DNA from: an uncultured Chloroflexia bacterium
Lineage (GTDB): Bacteria > Chloroflexota > Limnocylindria > QHBO01
Length of the DNA: 64,000 nucleotides
Direction: 5' to 3'
Assembly (NCBI GenBank): GCA_963827475.1
Contig: CAWHAZ010000004.1
Location: 96,001-160,000 of the forward strand
The position numbers were made by a program, and so were the translations under genes. Shown piece by piece: positions 52,301 through 60,320 of this stretch. Below the pieces are notes generated by a model, which searched no databases, was not told the origin of the DNA, and saw only the letters and a program-made list of their open reading frames with translations. Within the stretch, counting starts at the first letter, position 1. Each line of letters begins with the position of its first letter.

Positions 52301-53800
52301 CCGACCACGGGCGGCGCGCACGGCCCGTGAAGCCGCAGCGGCGGTCGCAGCCGCGGCCACGGCCTCCGGGTCCGGTTCCGCATCGCCGGCCGGGCGCGGC
52401 GCGGGCTTGAGCGCCTGCCAGCTGATCCACCCCAGGAGGAGGAGGGAGCTGAACGAGAGCAGCCACACCCCCCACTGGGTGAAGAACACGGCCGCCATCA
52501 GCGGGTCGCGGTCGAACGGCTCGCCGCCAGTCCCCGGGGCGATGGGCGGCAGCCCGGCGTACGACCAGTCGTGCGAGTAGACCCAGTACACGTTCAGGAA
52601 GAACAGCGCGGACAGGCCGACGTAGGCCACCGCCCAGCGAACCGCGGTCCCGACCATCGGGGCGGCGAGGGCCAGGGCGGGGAAGAGGTAGCGCTCGTGG
52701 ACGCGGGTCGGCAGGGCGAAGAAGGCGACCGCCATGGTCAGGGCGCCGAGCAGCAGGCCGGTCATGTCGTCCCGCCGCGCGACGGCGACCAGGGCCAGGA
52801 CCGCGGCCAGGCCGAACAGGAACACGCCAACCATGGCCGTGGTCACGCCGGCACCGTCGCCGCCGACCGTGAAAACGACGGTCTGGTCGCTCCCCCACTG
52901 CTGGACATCCCAGATGCCGGTGAACGGGTTCCGCCACCAGTTCAGGGCGTTGATCGACAGACCCTTGTACGTCTGGGTGGCGGCCAGGAACTTGTCGATG
53001 ATCCCGGTCGCCGGGTCGCCGGTGGGCAGGATCCGCATCCCGAACGGGAACAGGACGAGGACCATCGTCCCGAAGCTGGCCGCCGCCGAGCTGAGGATGC
53101 GGACCGGGTCCGGCCGGGACGCCAGGGCCGGGTCGGACGACCGGCCGAACAGGTGTCGCTTCAGGCCGACCACCAGCACGATGGGGATGAGCCAGCCGAA
53201 CTGGAACTTGATGAGCAGGGCGAGCACGGCGGCGACCCCGGCCGCCTCGGTCCAGCCGCGGCCGAGGGCGTAGAGCCCCGCCAGGAGCACGAACGCGCCG
53301 ACGGCGTCCATCTGTCCCCAGACCGCGGAGTTGAACACGGTCCCGGGGTTGAACAGGTAGACCGCTGCCCCGATCAGGCCGATCCGGGCCCCGGACCCCA
53401 GCCAGCGGACCGGCGGATGGTCGCCCAGGAACCGGGTGCCGATGAGGTAGATCAGCCACGCCACGCCGATGTCGGCGACCATCCCCGGCACCTTGACCAG
53501 GGGCCGGATGGGCGAGATGCCGGTGATCGGCTCGAAGAACTTCGCGATCTCGCCGAGGCCCCACAGGACGTACATGTAGGCCGGGGGGTAATCGGTGAAC
53601 ACCCCCGTCTCGTAGAATCCGGCCGGCCCGACCGCCGCCATGCGCACGGCCCAGGCGGAGAACGAGGCCATGTCGTTGCGGAAGCCCGACTGCGGGAGCA
53701 GGACGTAGGCCACGAACAGGCGCAGCGCAAAGCCGGCGACGAGGAGGATGAGGAGCGTGCCGAACGGATCGAGAAGTCGTCTGCGGCCGGCGCTCGACAA
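49202..53800 (-). CDS. giant GT-C protein: PIG-M/GT87-like mannosyltransferase plus PMT (GT39) protein O-mannosyltransferase with a beta-rich insert
   Basis: DYPPAY, NSAVWGQMD, VHERYLFP; then FDEVYH, EWTHPMLAK, AWRF, SRIAMND, KWVG, SSPWWSWP, GNPALFW, FQYHY. Confidence 0.85.
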   Translation of the reverse strand: MSSAGRRRLLDPFGTLLILLVAGFALRLFVAYVLLPQSGFRNDMASFSAWAVRMAAVGPAGFYETGVFTDYPPAYMYVLWGLGEIAKFFEPITGISPIRPLVKVPGMVADIGVAWLIYLIGTRFLGDHPPVRWLGSGARIGLIGAAVYLFNPGTVFNSAVWGQMDAVGAFVLLAGLYALGRGWTEAAGVAAVLALLIKFQFGWLIPIVLVVGLKRHLFGRSSDPALASRPDPVRILSSAAASFGTMVLVLFPFGMRILPTGDPATGIIDKFLAATQTYKGLSINALNWWRNPFTGIWDVQQWGSDQTVVFTVGGDGAGVTTAMVGVFLFGLAAVLALVAVARRDDMTGLLLGALTMAVAFFALPTRVHERYLFPALALAAPMVGTAVRWAVAYVGLSALFFLNVYWVYSHDWSYAGLPPIAPGTGGEPFDRDPLMAAVFFTQWGVWLLSFSSLLLLGWISWQALKPAPRPAGDAEPDPEAVAAAATAAAASRAVRAARGRAGWRWLRQDPISEAERAPPRRLDWLDLGLVVGIVLLALVVRLWRLDLPRQMIFDEVYHARTAADYLSDWQWGWNRDPYEWTHPMLAKYLIAAGIAVADPNRPDGTIELDATATSLAVAPQRTSLGWPTSIVFTSDGSERIEARDAASGVLLADWEAADRVTTLVFDADTRRLLVGLRADGTIATFDLTAFLTREGPRAPPPEGVGIGTGMDGVQEIVAPLNEPVLVVRGPDEVAVFERVTGVELVRREIVADAISYVVAVGGDTPVTARVLVLDVDAATVQTLDATTLATESSESLPSTPLGPMMTSGRGTSQLTWVPVGPLAETDEHPATTGGITVLRGGEITPDDTIPLPGPATALGWDSVANLVHVAGEGAVWVIEPHGDGRSGFGVYDQVVISGVPTVMGFDISDYSQSDDHGRLIVATEADPPELVRIDVSQNAFAWRFAATVFGALLAGLVYLLTALLFHRRSIAILAGVFVAIDLMSFAMSRIAMNDIFVAVFIVAGYALFWPIWGGRWRRSAWFILPLVGVMIGLAAGSKWVGWYALIGLWFLVLLRSQLGRFLVVAATGFATFAIGFEAPWPFFVIMIAALALAVAVAWVKPVRLEPAELWAVPATLLVVGAIGLAFAIGFQTLDCGEGGCREPRNLVELGFGILFRGIEAWWPAVIALVITAVLLVLRAVRSLRRPASDSRWYMPSEMGGFAWPWIFACLVVIPLAVYVATYIPWLNIGHTIAIPNGGVGYGWSLDELHAQMFGYHFGLQAGHVASSPWWSWPLDLKPVWFYSHSFDLNRVAVTYNGGNPALFWASVPAVFACLLLAWRRRSWALLLVAAAFAFQFVPWARVERATFQYHYLTAVLFGFVAIAYVLDEILRDRYLRDYGIAFLVAVAITGLLIYPLNSALAMPDWYINAARTLPPWNYAFQFPNPPQGERPPLISSNPLVLALATFVSLGAASFASFGRDLLQSRWPERFGGSAPAAEGTDQDDRADDDQTDGPEGPEVEPGEELLGEEPAADDDQDGPEDDMGPRPPRDLD

Positions 53801-53827
53801 GGCGGCGGTGAGTATATCGTGGGGTCT

Positions 53828-54583
53828 GTGAACCGACCGACGGCCACCCGGCCGGCCCTCACCTTCTTCTTTCCCGCCTACAACGAAGAAGCGAACATCG
53901 AGCAGACGGTGGCCCGCGCCCTGGCGGACATCGGTCCGTTGGTCGAATCACTCGAGGTGCTGGCCATCGACGACGGCTCGACCGACCGGACGCCGGAGCT
54001 GGCCGACGCACTCGCCGCCGCCGAACCGCGGGTCCGGGTCGTGCACCAGCCCAACCGTGGCTATGGCGGCGCGTTGCAGGCCGGATTCGCGAACGCCGAC
54101 GGCGAGCTCATCTCCTTCTCCGACGGGGACCTCCAGTTCGACCTGGCAGAGCTCAAGCGCCTGCTCGACCGCCTGGCGGACCGATCGCGCCCGGTGGACG
54201 CGGTCATCGGCTACCGGATCAAGCGGCGCGACCCCTTCCATCGGCTGGTCATCGCCAAGACCTACAACGCGATCGTCTCGGTCCTGTTCGGGCTGCGGGT
54301 GCGCGACATCGACTGCGCGATGAAGGTGTTCCGACGCGAGGTGTTCGACGGGCTGCGGCTCGACGCGGAGGGCCCGTTCCTGTCGGCCGAGCTCCTGATC
54401 AAGCTGAACGCGCGGGGGGTGAAGATGGACCAGGTGGGGGTGACCCACTATCCGCGGCTGGCGGGCGAGAACACCGGCGCCAGCTTCCGCAAGATCCTCC
54501 GGACCTTCCGCGACATCTTCAAGCTGCGCTGGAAGCTGTGGACCGACCGGGAGCGCACGTTGGGGACACAGCCCCGGGGCTGA
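53828..54583 (+). CDS. GT2 polyprenol-phosphate glycosyl (mannose) synthase, Ppm1/DPM1-like
   Basis: FFPAYNEE, IDDGSTD, NRGYG, DGDLQF, RDIDCAMK, HYPR; divergent from the GT-C gene. Confidence 0.88.
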   Translation: MNRPTATRPALTFFFPAYNEEANIEQTVARALADIGPLVESLEVLAIDDGSTDRTPELADALAAAEPRVRVVHQPNRGYGGALQAGFANADGELISFSDGDLQFDLAELKRLLDRLADRSRPVDAVIGYRIKRRDPFHRLVIAKTYNAIVSVLFGLRVRDIDCAMKVFRREVFDGLRLDAEGPFLSAELLIKLNARGVKMDQVGVTHYPRLAGENTGASFRKILRTFRDIFKLRWKLWTDRERTLGTQPRG

Positions 54584-54588
54584 CGCCG

Positions 54589-55110
54589 TTACTCGGCGGG
54601 CGGCCGTCCCTCGGTCGGGCCCAGGTCGACATCGAGCGAGTTCACGAAGTCGCGGAAGACCGCCAGCTTCTCGTCGTCCTCGCCGAGCTCCCCGTTCGAC
54701 TCCGGCTCGACCCCGGCCTCGTCGAGGACCCGCTCGTCGACGTAGATCGTCGACCCGGTCCGGATGGCGACCGCGATCGCGTCGGACGTCCGCGAGTCGA
54801 TCTCGGTCTCCCCGCCCTCGGCCGTCTCGAGGTACAGGCGGGCGTGGAACGTCCCGTCGCTGACATGGGTGACGACCACCCGGCTGAGGTTGCCGTGGAC
54901 CGCGCCCAGCACCGACACGAGCAGGTCGTGGGTGAGCGGCCGCTCGGCACTGATCCCCTGGAGGCGCATGGCGATGGCGTTCGCCTCCGACGGACCGATC
55001 CAGATCGGGAGGTATCGGTCCCGCTCGGTCTCCTTGAGGATGACCACGTGCTGGCTGCTGAGGACGTGGACGCGCACGCTCTCAACGACCATCTCGATGA
55101 GCTGGGTCAC
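54589..55110 (-). CDS. bifunctional nuclease domain protein (DUF151)
   Basis: LPIWIGPSEA, RPLTHDL, FHARL, IDSRTSDAIA. Confidence 0.92.
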   Translation of the reverse strand: MTQLIEMVVESVRVHVLSSQHVVILKETERDRYLPIWIGPSEANAIAMRLQGISAERPLTHDLLVSVLGAVHGNLSRVVVTHVSDGTFHARLYLETAEGGETEIDSRTSDAIAVAIRTGSTIYVDERVLDEAGVEPESNGELGEDDEKLAVFRDFVNSLDVDLGPTEGRPPAE

Positions 55111-55130
55111 GGGCTCGATTCTAGTGTCTG

Positions 55131-57347
55131 CTACTCGAGGACGACGCGGACGACCCGATCCGGTGTCAGCAGGTAGGCCGCTGGTGGCCCGTCGGCGACG
55201 GAGATGACCTCGAGGCCGAGCACCTCGTCGAGCAGGCCGGCGGCATCTCCCCGCCGTGGGGCCATCCACTGCCGGATGAAGGCACCGTCCGCGCGCTGGA
55301 AGGCGACGATCCGGGCGTTGGCCGCGTCGTAGACGAAGAACAGCTCGCGGTCGATCACCGTTGCCGCGTCGAACAGGGTGTAGTCGAGCCCGTCGCGGAC
55401 CGCGGCGTCGGGCGGGCGGTCCAGCGAGAAGTCCGCCTGCGGCACCGGCGTGCCGAAGTTCACCCGGGTGACGGTCGCGCGATGGAGGAGCCACAGGTTG
55501 GCGTCGGCGCGGAGGTCACGCGCGGCGGCCGGGTCGAGGTCCGGCTCGGCGGTGAGGAACGACTCGGGAGCGTCGGGGAAGACGACCGGGATGACCGGCG
55601 GCGGCGTCCACTTCCAGACCTCCCCGCCTCCCCCGTCGACGGCATACAGGTTGAAGATCTCGAGCGGCGGGAGGTGCTGGAGGGCGGTGAGGAGCGTGCT
55701 TGCGGGATCGAGGGCCTCGATGCTTGCCAGCGGCATCCGGCGCATGACCTGCTCCACCAGGTCGGACCGCCAGGCCTGGCGCTCGCGGTCGACCACCACC
55801 ACGTCGGTGGCCGCGGTGGCGATGAGCCACGGGTCGCCGGCCACCGCGCCGTCGATGGTCTGCCCGGCGCGATAAACCGATACGGCCGCGCCACTCAGCG
55901 GATCGATCCGGAGGATTCGCCCGCGGCCGGTTTCGAGCACCCACAGCGACCCGTCCGAAGCGGCCACCATCCGCTGCGGATCGACGCCGGTGAACGCGGC
56001 CGCCAGGTCGGCGACGGTTGCCAGCTCACGGATGCGCGACACGGAGTACAGCGCGTCGAGGCCGCCATCGAGGCGGATCCGCAGCGGCTCGAGGGCCTCG
56101 GCCGTCACGCCGGCGCCCTCCGCTCGGTCCAGGGCGCCTCCGGCATCGGTGAGCAGGTCGCGAGCCCGCTCGGGATCCCGCTCCACGAGGTCGAGGCCGT
56201 CCACCCGGGCCTCCACCTCCGCCAGGAGGGCCCCGCCCTCCGCGATCGCCTCGCGGGCGATGGCGAGCCGGGGGATGGCCTGGGTGGGATCCGCCGATGG
56301 GTAGTTCGCGACCGTCACCCCAGCCGCGAGGAGGCCGGCCACGGCCAGCATGCCCAGCGCGCCGAGCCGGCGGCGACGGCGAGCCTCGACCGCCTCGGTG
56401 GGGACCACGCGGCGGGGGTAGTCCACCCGGCGGTGAGGCATGAGGGCCGCCAACTGCCCGATCCAAAGCTCGACCGAGCTGCCGACCCGCGACTGGGCGT
56501 GGTCCACCGCCCGATCCGCCCGCCGCAGGGCGCCGCCGACCGCGTCGGCGCCGGGGACCGGGCTGCGGTCGGGCAGGCCGGCGAGGGGGTCGGCAGGGCG
56601 CACCGGCTCCAGCCGATGGGTGGTGGCGGTCAGCGGGATGGCAGTCAGCTCGAGAACGAGCAGGCCGTCGGAGCCCGTCCCGCCCCGCTCGAGGAACAGC
56701 TGGTGCAGGTGCCGCGCGGCCGGCCCGGGTCGCAGTCGGAGGAGCGTCTGGCGCGTGTCCTCCGCCCCGACTGTCTCGGCCAGGTTGCGGCTGACGAGCG
56801 CGACTCGATCCCCATCCGTCAGCTCGCCCGACCACGTTACCGGCTCGATCTCGAGCGCCTCCCCCAGCGACTCGGCCAGTCGCCGGCCGGTCTCGGGCTC
56901 GTCGTCGGCCAGGTGCGGCGGCGGCAGCTCGAAGATCCGCTCGCCGCGGACGATGATCGCCCCCGCCGGGCCGATCCTGGCCACGTGCAGCTCGGCGGCG
57001 CGGATCGCGGCTCCGACCACGCTGATTTCGGCCCCGCGCCCCAGGCCCGCGCGGCCCCGGCCGTGGAACAGGCGACGGTTGGCCTGGGCGAGTGCCCGCG
57101 CAAGGGTGTCCGCCGGGCCGGCGGAGAGGTCGTAGTAGTAGTCGTGCTCGATGGTCTCCAGCGCCTGGCGGGCGGCCCGGACGGTGTTCGGTCCCGCGTT
57201 CGTCAGCTGGGCGAGGAGGTACAGGCTGCCCTTCGTCCGGACCGGGGCGCCGACCGTGGGCTCGTTCAGCCGGACCAGGTCCCGCGCTTCGGTCCCCCGC
57301 TCGGCCTCCGGGACGAGACCGATCTTGGTCGCCAGCCGCTGGCTCAT
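55131..57347 (-). CDS. membrane protein: degenerate PP2C-like N-terminal domain, one TM, extracellular NHL/beta-propeller
   Basis: PP2C-like order (SLYLLA..ALAQANRRL..LHVARIG..SLG..GDRVALVS); TM after RRRRR; LWVLE..RILRID and FFVYDAANARIV repeats. Confidence 0.65.
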   Translation of the reverse strand: MSQRLATKIGLVPEAERGTEARDLVRLNEPTVGAPVRTKGSLYLLAQLTNAGPNTVRAARQALETIEHDYYYDLSAGPADTLARALAQANRRLFHGRGRAGLGRGAEISVVGAAIRAAELHVARIGPAGAIIVRGERIFELPPPHLADDEPETGRRLAESLGEALEIEPVTWSGELTDGDRVALVSRNLAETVGAEDTRQTLLRLRPGPAARHLHQLFLERGGTGSDGLLVLELTAIPLTATTHRLEPVRPADPLAGLPDRSPVPGADAVGGALRRADRAVDHAQSRVGSSVELWIGQLAALMPHRRVDYPRRVVPTEAVEARRRRRLGALGMLAVAGLLAAGVTVANYPSADPTQAIPRLAIAREAIAEGGALLAEVEARVDGLDLVERDPERARDLLTDAGGALDRAEGAGVTAEALEPLRIRLDGGLDALYSVSRIRELATVADLAAAFTGVDPQRMVAASDGSLWVLETGRGRILRIDPLSGAAVSVYRAGQTIDGAVAGDPWLIATAATDVVVVDRERQAWRSDLVEQVMRRMPLASIEALDPASTLLTALQHLPPLEIFNLYAVDGGGGEVWKWTPPPVIPVVFPDAPESFLTAEPDLDPAAARDLRADANLWLLHRATVTRVNFGTPVPQADFSLDRPPDAAVRDGLDYTLFDAATVIDRELFFVYDAANARIVAFQRADGAFIRQWMAPRRGDAAGLLDEVLGLEVISVADGPPAAYLLTPDRVVRVVLE

Positions 57348-57354
57348 GAATCGC

Positions 57355-57711
57355 TCACTCGGGGGCGGCAGCGCCGGGACGGACGGTCAGGGTCAGGCTC
57401 CGGAGCTCATACAGCGCCCCGGGCCGGCCGCGCTGGCGTTCGTTCACCGCGCGGACCAGCTGGTCGCCGCGCAGCTTCAGCTCGGCGGCGAGGATCGGTT
57501 CGGAGGCCACCACGGTGGCCACCCCGTTGTTCACCGCGGTCAGCCGGCTCCACATACCCTCCGGCGCCAACCCCGCGTCTCCGACCGTCTCCTGCCACGC
57601 CAGGCGCGCCTGGGCCAGGGCCAGCTGCTCCGCGGCTCCGGGGCCCACGCACTGGAGGAGGGCGCGCTGGACCGCGCTGGCGGCTTCCTCGGTGGTCGTG
57701 CGCGTGCCCAT
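57355..57711 (-). CDS. DUF721/DciA-family protein
   Basis: AWQETVG..LTAVNNGVATV..AELK; canonical position downstream of recF. Confidence 0.7.
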   Translation of the reverse strand: MGTRTTTEEAASAVQRALLQCVGPGAAEQLALAQARLAWQETVGDAGLAPEGMWSRLTAVNNGVATVVASEPILAAELKLRGDQLVRAVNERQRGRPGALYELRSLTLTVRPGAAAPE

Positions 57712-57723
57712 CGTGGCCCAGGC

Positions 57724-58909
57724 TCAGGCGACGCGGGAGGCGAGGGCCAGCCGTCCGTCCCCAACGGTCCAGACCGGCACGCGGTGGCGGTGGCGCGCGG
57801 GCAGCAGGCTCGTGTCGGTGATGGTGACCAGGACCTGGCCCCGCTGCCGGAGGAGGTCCAACCCCCGCTCCGAGCGCTCCGGATCCAGCTCGCTGAACAC
57901 GTCGTCGAGGAGGACGATCGGCGCCGGACCGCCACCCTCGGCCAGCAGGTCGGTCTCGGCCAGCTTCAGGGCGATGATGATCGTGCGCTGCTGGCCGCGG
58001 CTGGCGTGGGCGGCGACCGGGAGGCCGCCGAGGGTGATCCCGATGTCGTCGCGCTGCGGGCCGACCAGCGACACCCCGTTCCAGATCTCCTTTTGGCGCA
58101 CGTCCTCCAGCCGGCGTCGGATGGCCGCGGCCAGTCGATCCGGGTCGAGACGGGCCGCGTCGCCGGCGGGCGCCTCGCGCTCCGGCCAGGCGTCCTTCAG
58201 GACGTCGAGGTAGACCAGGCCCACCCGATCGTCCCGCTCGTCGGCGGGGGCGACCGCGTCATGCAGCGGACCGATCAGCCCGGCCAGCTCGTCGACGAGC
58301 GCCAGCCTGGCGGCGGTGACCCGCGCTCCGACCTGGGCCAGCTGCTCGTCCCACACCCCCAGGCTGCCGATGTCGGCCTCCTCGGCACGGATGGCCCGCA
58401 GCAGGGCGTTGCGCTGGGCGAGGACGCGGGCCAGGTCGGCCTGGTCGCGGGCCGCCGCTCGCGACCGCTGGGCGGAGATGGCATCCAGGAAACGCCGCCG
58501 CTCCGACGGCGCGCCGACCAGGAGCAGCATCTCCTCCGGACGGAACAGCACCGCGCGCAGGGTGTCGGCGACCGATGCCTGGCGGCGGGCCACGCCGTTC
58601 ACGGTCAGCCGCCGACGCACGCGCGGGCGGCGCCTCGGCACCGGGCAGGACGAGCTCGATCCGCTGCGGCGCCTCGCTCCCCTCCGCCACGTCCAGCGTG
58701 ACCCGCGCCAGCGGCGCGCCGTGGGAGACGAGGTCCGCGTCACTCCCGGTCCGGTGGGAACGGCCGGAGACGGTGACCCAGATCGACTCCAGCAGGTTGG
58801 TCTTGCCGGCCCCGTTGGGCCCGGCGATGAGGGTCAGCCCGGGGTCCGGCGCGAGCTCGGCGGTGGCGTAGCTCCGAAAGTGGTCGAGCTGGAGTCGGGC
58901 GAGACGCAC
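57724..58909 (-). CDS. recF: DNA replication/repair protein RecF (frameshift near 58625)
   Basis: FRSY, GPNGAGKTNLLE, SHR; then PSERRRFLD, QRNALL, VGPQRDD, SRGQQR, LLDDVFSELD. Confidence 0.92.
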
Positions 58910-58916
58910 GCCAACA

Positions 58917-60053
58917 TCAGGACGCAGTGCGCACCGGCATGATCACGTGGACGTACTCGTCCTTGCCCACGCCCCGGATGACCCCGGGCGCCAGCGGGCC
59001 GGACAGCTCGAGCACTGCCTCGTCGGCCCCGAGTGCGCCGAGGACATCGGTCAGGTAGCGGGCGTTGAAGGCGATCGTGGTGGGCGACCCCTCCACCGTG
59101 GCGTCCAGCGAGTCGGCGTTGTCGCCGATGTCGACCGCGTGCGCGCTGATCGTCACCCCGGCTGGCTCGCCGTCGGCCCCGCCGACCTCGACCTTGATGA
59201 TGTTCGCCGAGTCGCGGGCGAAGAAGCTCGCCCGCCGGGTGCCCGCCAGGAAGGCCTCGCGGTCCAGGGTGGCGCGGGCCGTCCACGAGTCCTTGGCCGG
59301 GACCACCGGCTCGTAGTTCGGAAACTGGCCCTCGATCAGGCGGCTGACGAGGTCGATGCCCTCCACGTGGAACAGGACCTGGCTGCGATTGGGCGTGATG
59401 GTGATCTCGACCGGCGCCTCGGCGTCGGGCAGGATCCGGACCAGCTCGGCATACGAGCGACCCGGGACCACGATCGTGGTCTCCGCCGCCACCGGCTTGG
59501 CGAGAGTCAGGGTCCGGACCGCGATCCGGTAGTTGTCGGCCGCGGCCAGGGTCATCGTGTCCCCCTCGAGCCGGGTCAGGACCCCGGTCAGGATCGGCCG
59601 CGACTCGTCGGTGGCCGCGGCGAAGACGACCTCTCCGAGTGCTTCGCGCAGGACCCGTGCGTCGACCGAGGTGATCGGCGCCTCGCCGATGGCCCCCACC
59701 ACCGGGAACTCGTCCGCCTCGATGCCCTTGATCGTGGCCCGGCTGCCGCCGCAGGTGACCTTCAGGCTCCGGTCCTTGGGCGACAGCTCGAGCTCGATGG
59801 TCTGGGGTGGGAGTGAGCCGACCAGGTCGGTCAGCAGGCGGGCGGGGACGGTGATCTCGCCACCGGCCTCCACCTTGCCGGGGACCCAGCAGGTGATGCC
59901 GATCTCGAGATTGGTGGCGGTGAGCTTGAGCCCGCCATCCTCGGTCCGAAGGAGGACGTTGGCCAGGACGGGAAGGGTGGCTCGGCTGGCGACCGCCCGG
60001 CTCACGATTCCCAGCCCGCGGGCCAGGTTCTCCTGCATGACGGAGATGTTCAT
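58917..60053 (-). CDS. dnaN: DNA polymerase III beta sliding clamp
   Basis: LPVLANVLL, ATNLEI, SRPILTG, RLIEGQFPNY, IAFNARYL, IMPVR. Confidence 0.97.
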   Translation of the reverse strand: MNISVMQENLARGLGIVSRAVASRATLPVLANVLLRTEDGGLKLTATNLEIGITCWVPGKVEAGGEITVPARLLTDLVGSLPPQTIELELSPKDRSLKVTCGGSRATIKGIEADEFPVVGAIGEAPITSVDARVLREALGEVVFAAATDESRPILTGVLTRLEGDTMTLAAADNYRIAVRTLTLAKPVAAETTIVVPGRSYAELVRILPDAEAPVEITITPNRSQVLFHVEGIDLVSRLIEGQFPNYEPVVPAKDSWTARATLDREAFLAGTRRASFFARDSANIIKVEVGGADGEPAGVTISAHAVDIGDNADSLDATVEGSPTTIAFNARYLTDVLGALGADEAVLELSGPLAPGVIRGVGKDEYVHVIMPVRTAS

Positions 60054-60083
60054 GGACTTCTCAACTACGGTTCCTTGAAGCAT

Positions 60084-60320
60084 AGAGATTTCTATCCGTC
60101 GTCTTTCGTCATAGGGGTGTGGAAGGTGTGGACATCAGCCAGAACCGTGCCCGGAACACCGTCTCGGGCCAGTGGGCCGGCTGGGGATGGGCCGTGCGCG
60201 AGCGCGGCCGGACGGTCGAACGGGCGGGGACGAGACCGATGGAAGGGCGTACCCGAGCCTCGTTCAGCCCCGGTCTTGTCCCCCGTCGGTGACCGCCTTG
60301 CGGCCGGTTGTCCACCGTCG
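60084..60320. other. replication origin oriC
   Basis: dnaA-dnaN intergenic region. Minus strand has tandem DnaA boxes ATGTCCACA-CCTTCCACA (60135-60118), then CCCC, then NAN trios TAT GAC GAA..GAC GAC. Further boxes TTGTCCCCC (60276) and TTGTCCACC (60308). Confidence 0.8.

Noticed and set aside
9171-58909. Frameshifts in cca (~9645), dinB-like (~16640), ~17250, sortase-like (~35428), pgsA (~38494), pimA (~43292), ~48700 and recF (~58625) as pseudogenes or programmed frameshifts
   Set aside because: They are single-base indels scattered through otherwise intact genes, including housekeeping ones, with no slippery heptamers or in-frame stops. This pattern fits long-read consensus errors; raw reads would settle it.
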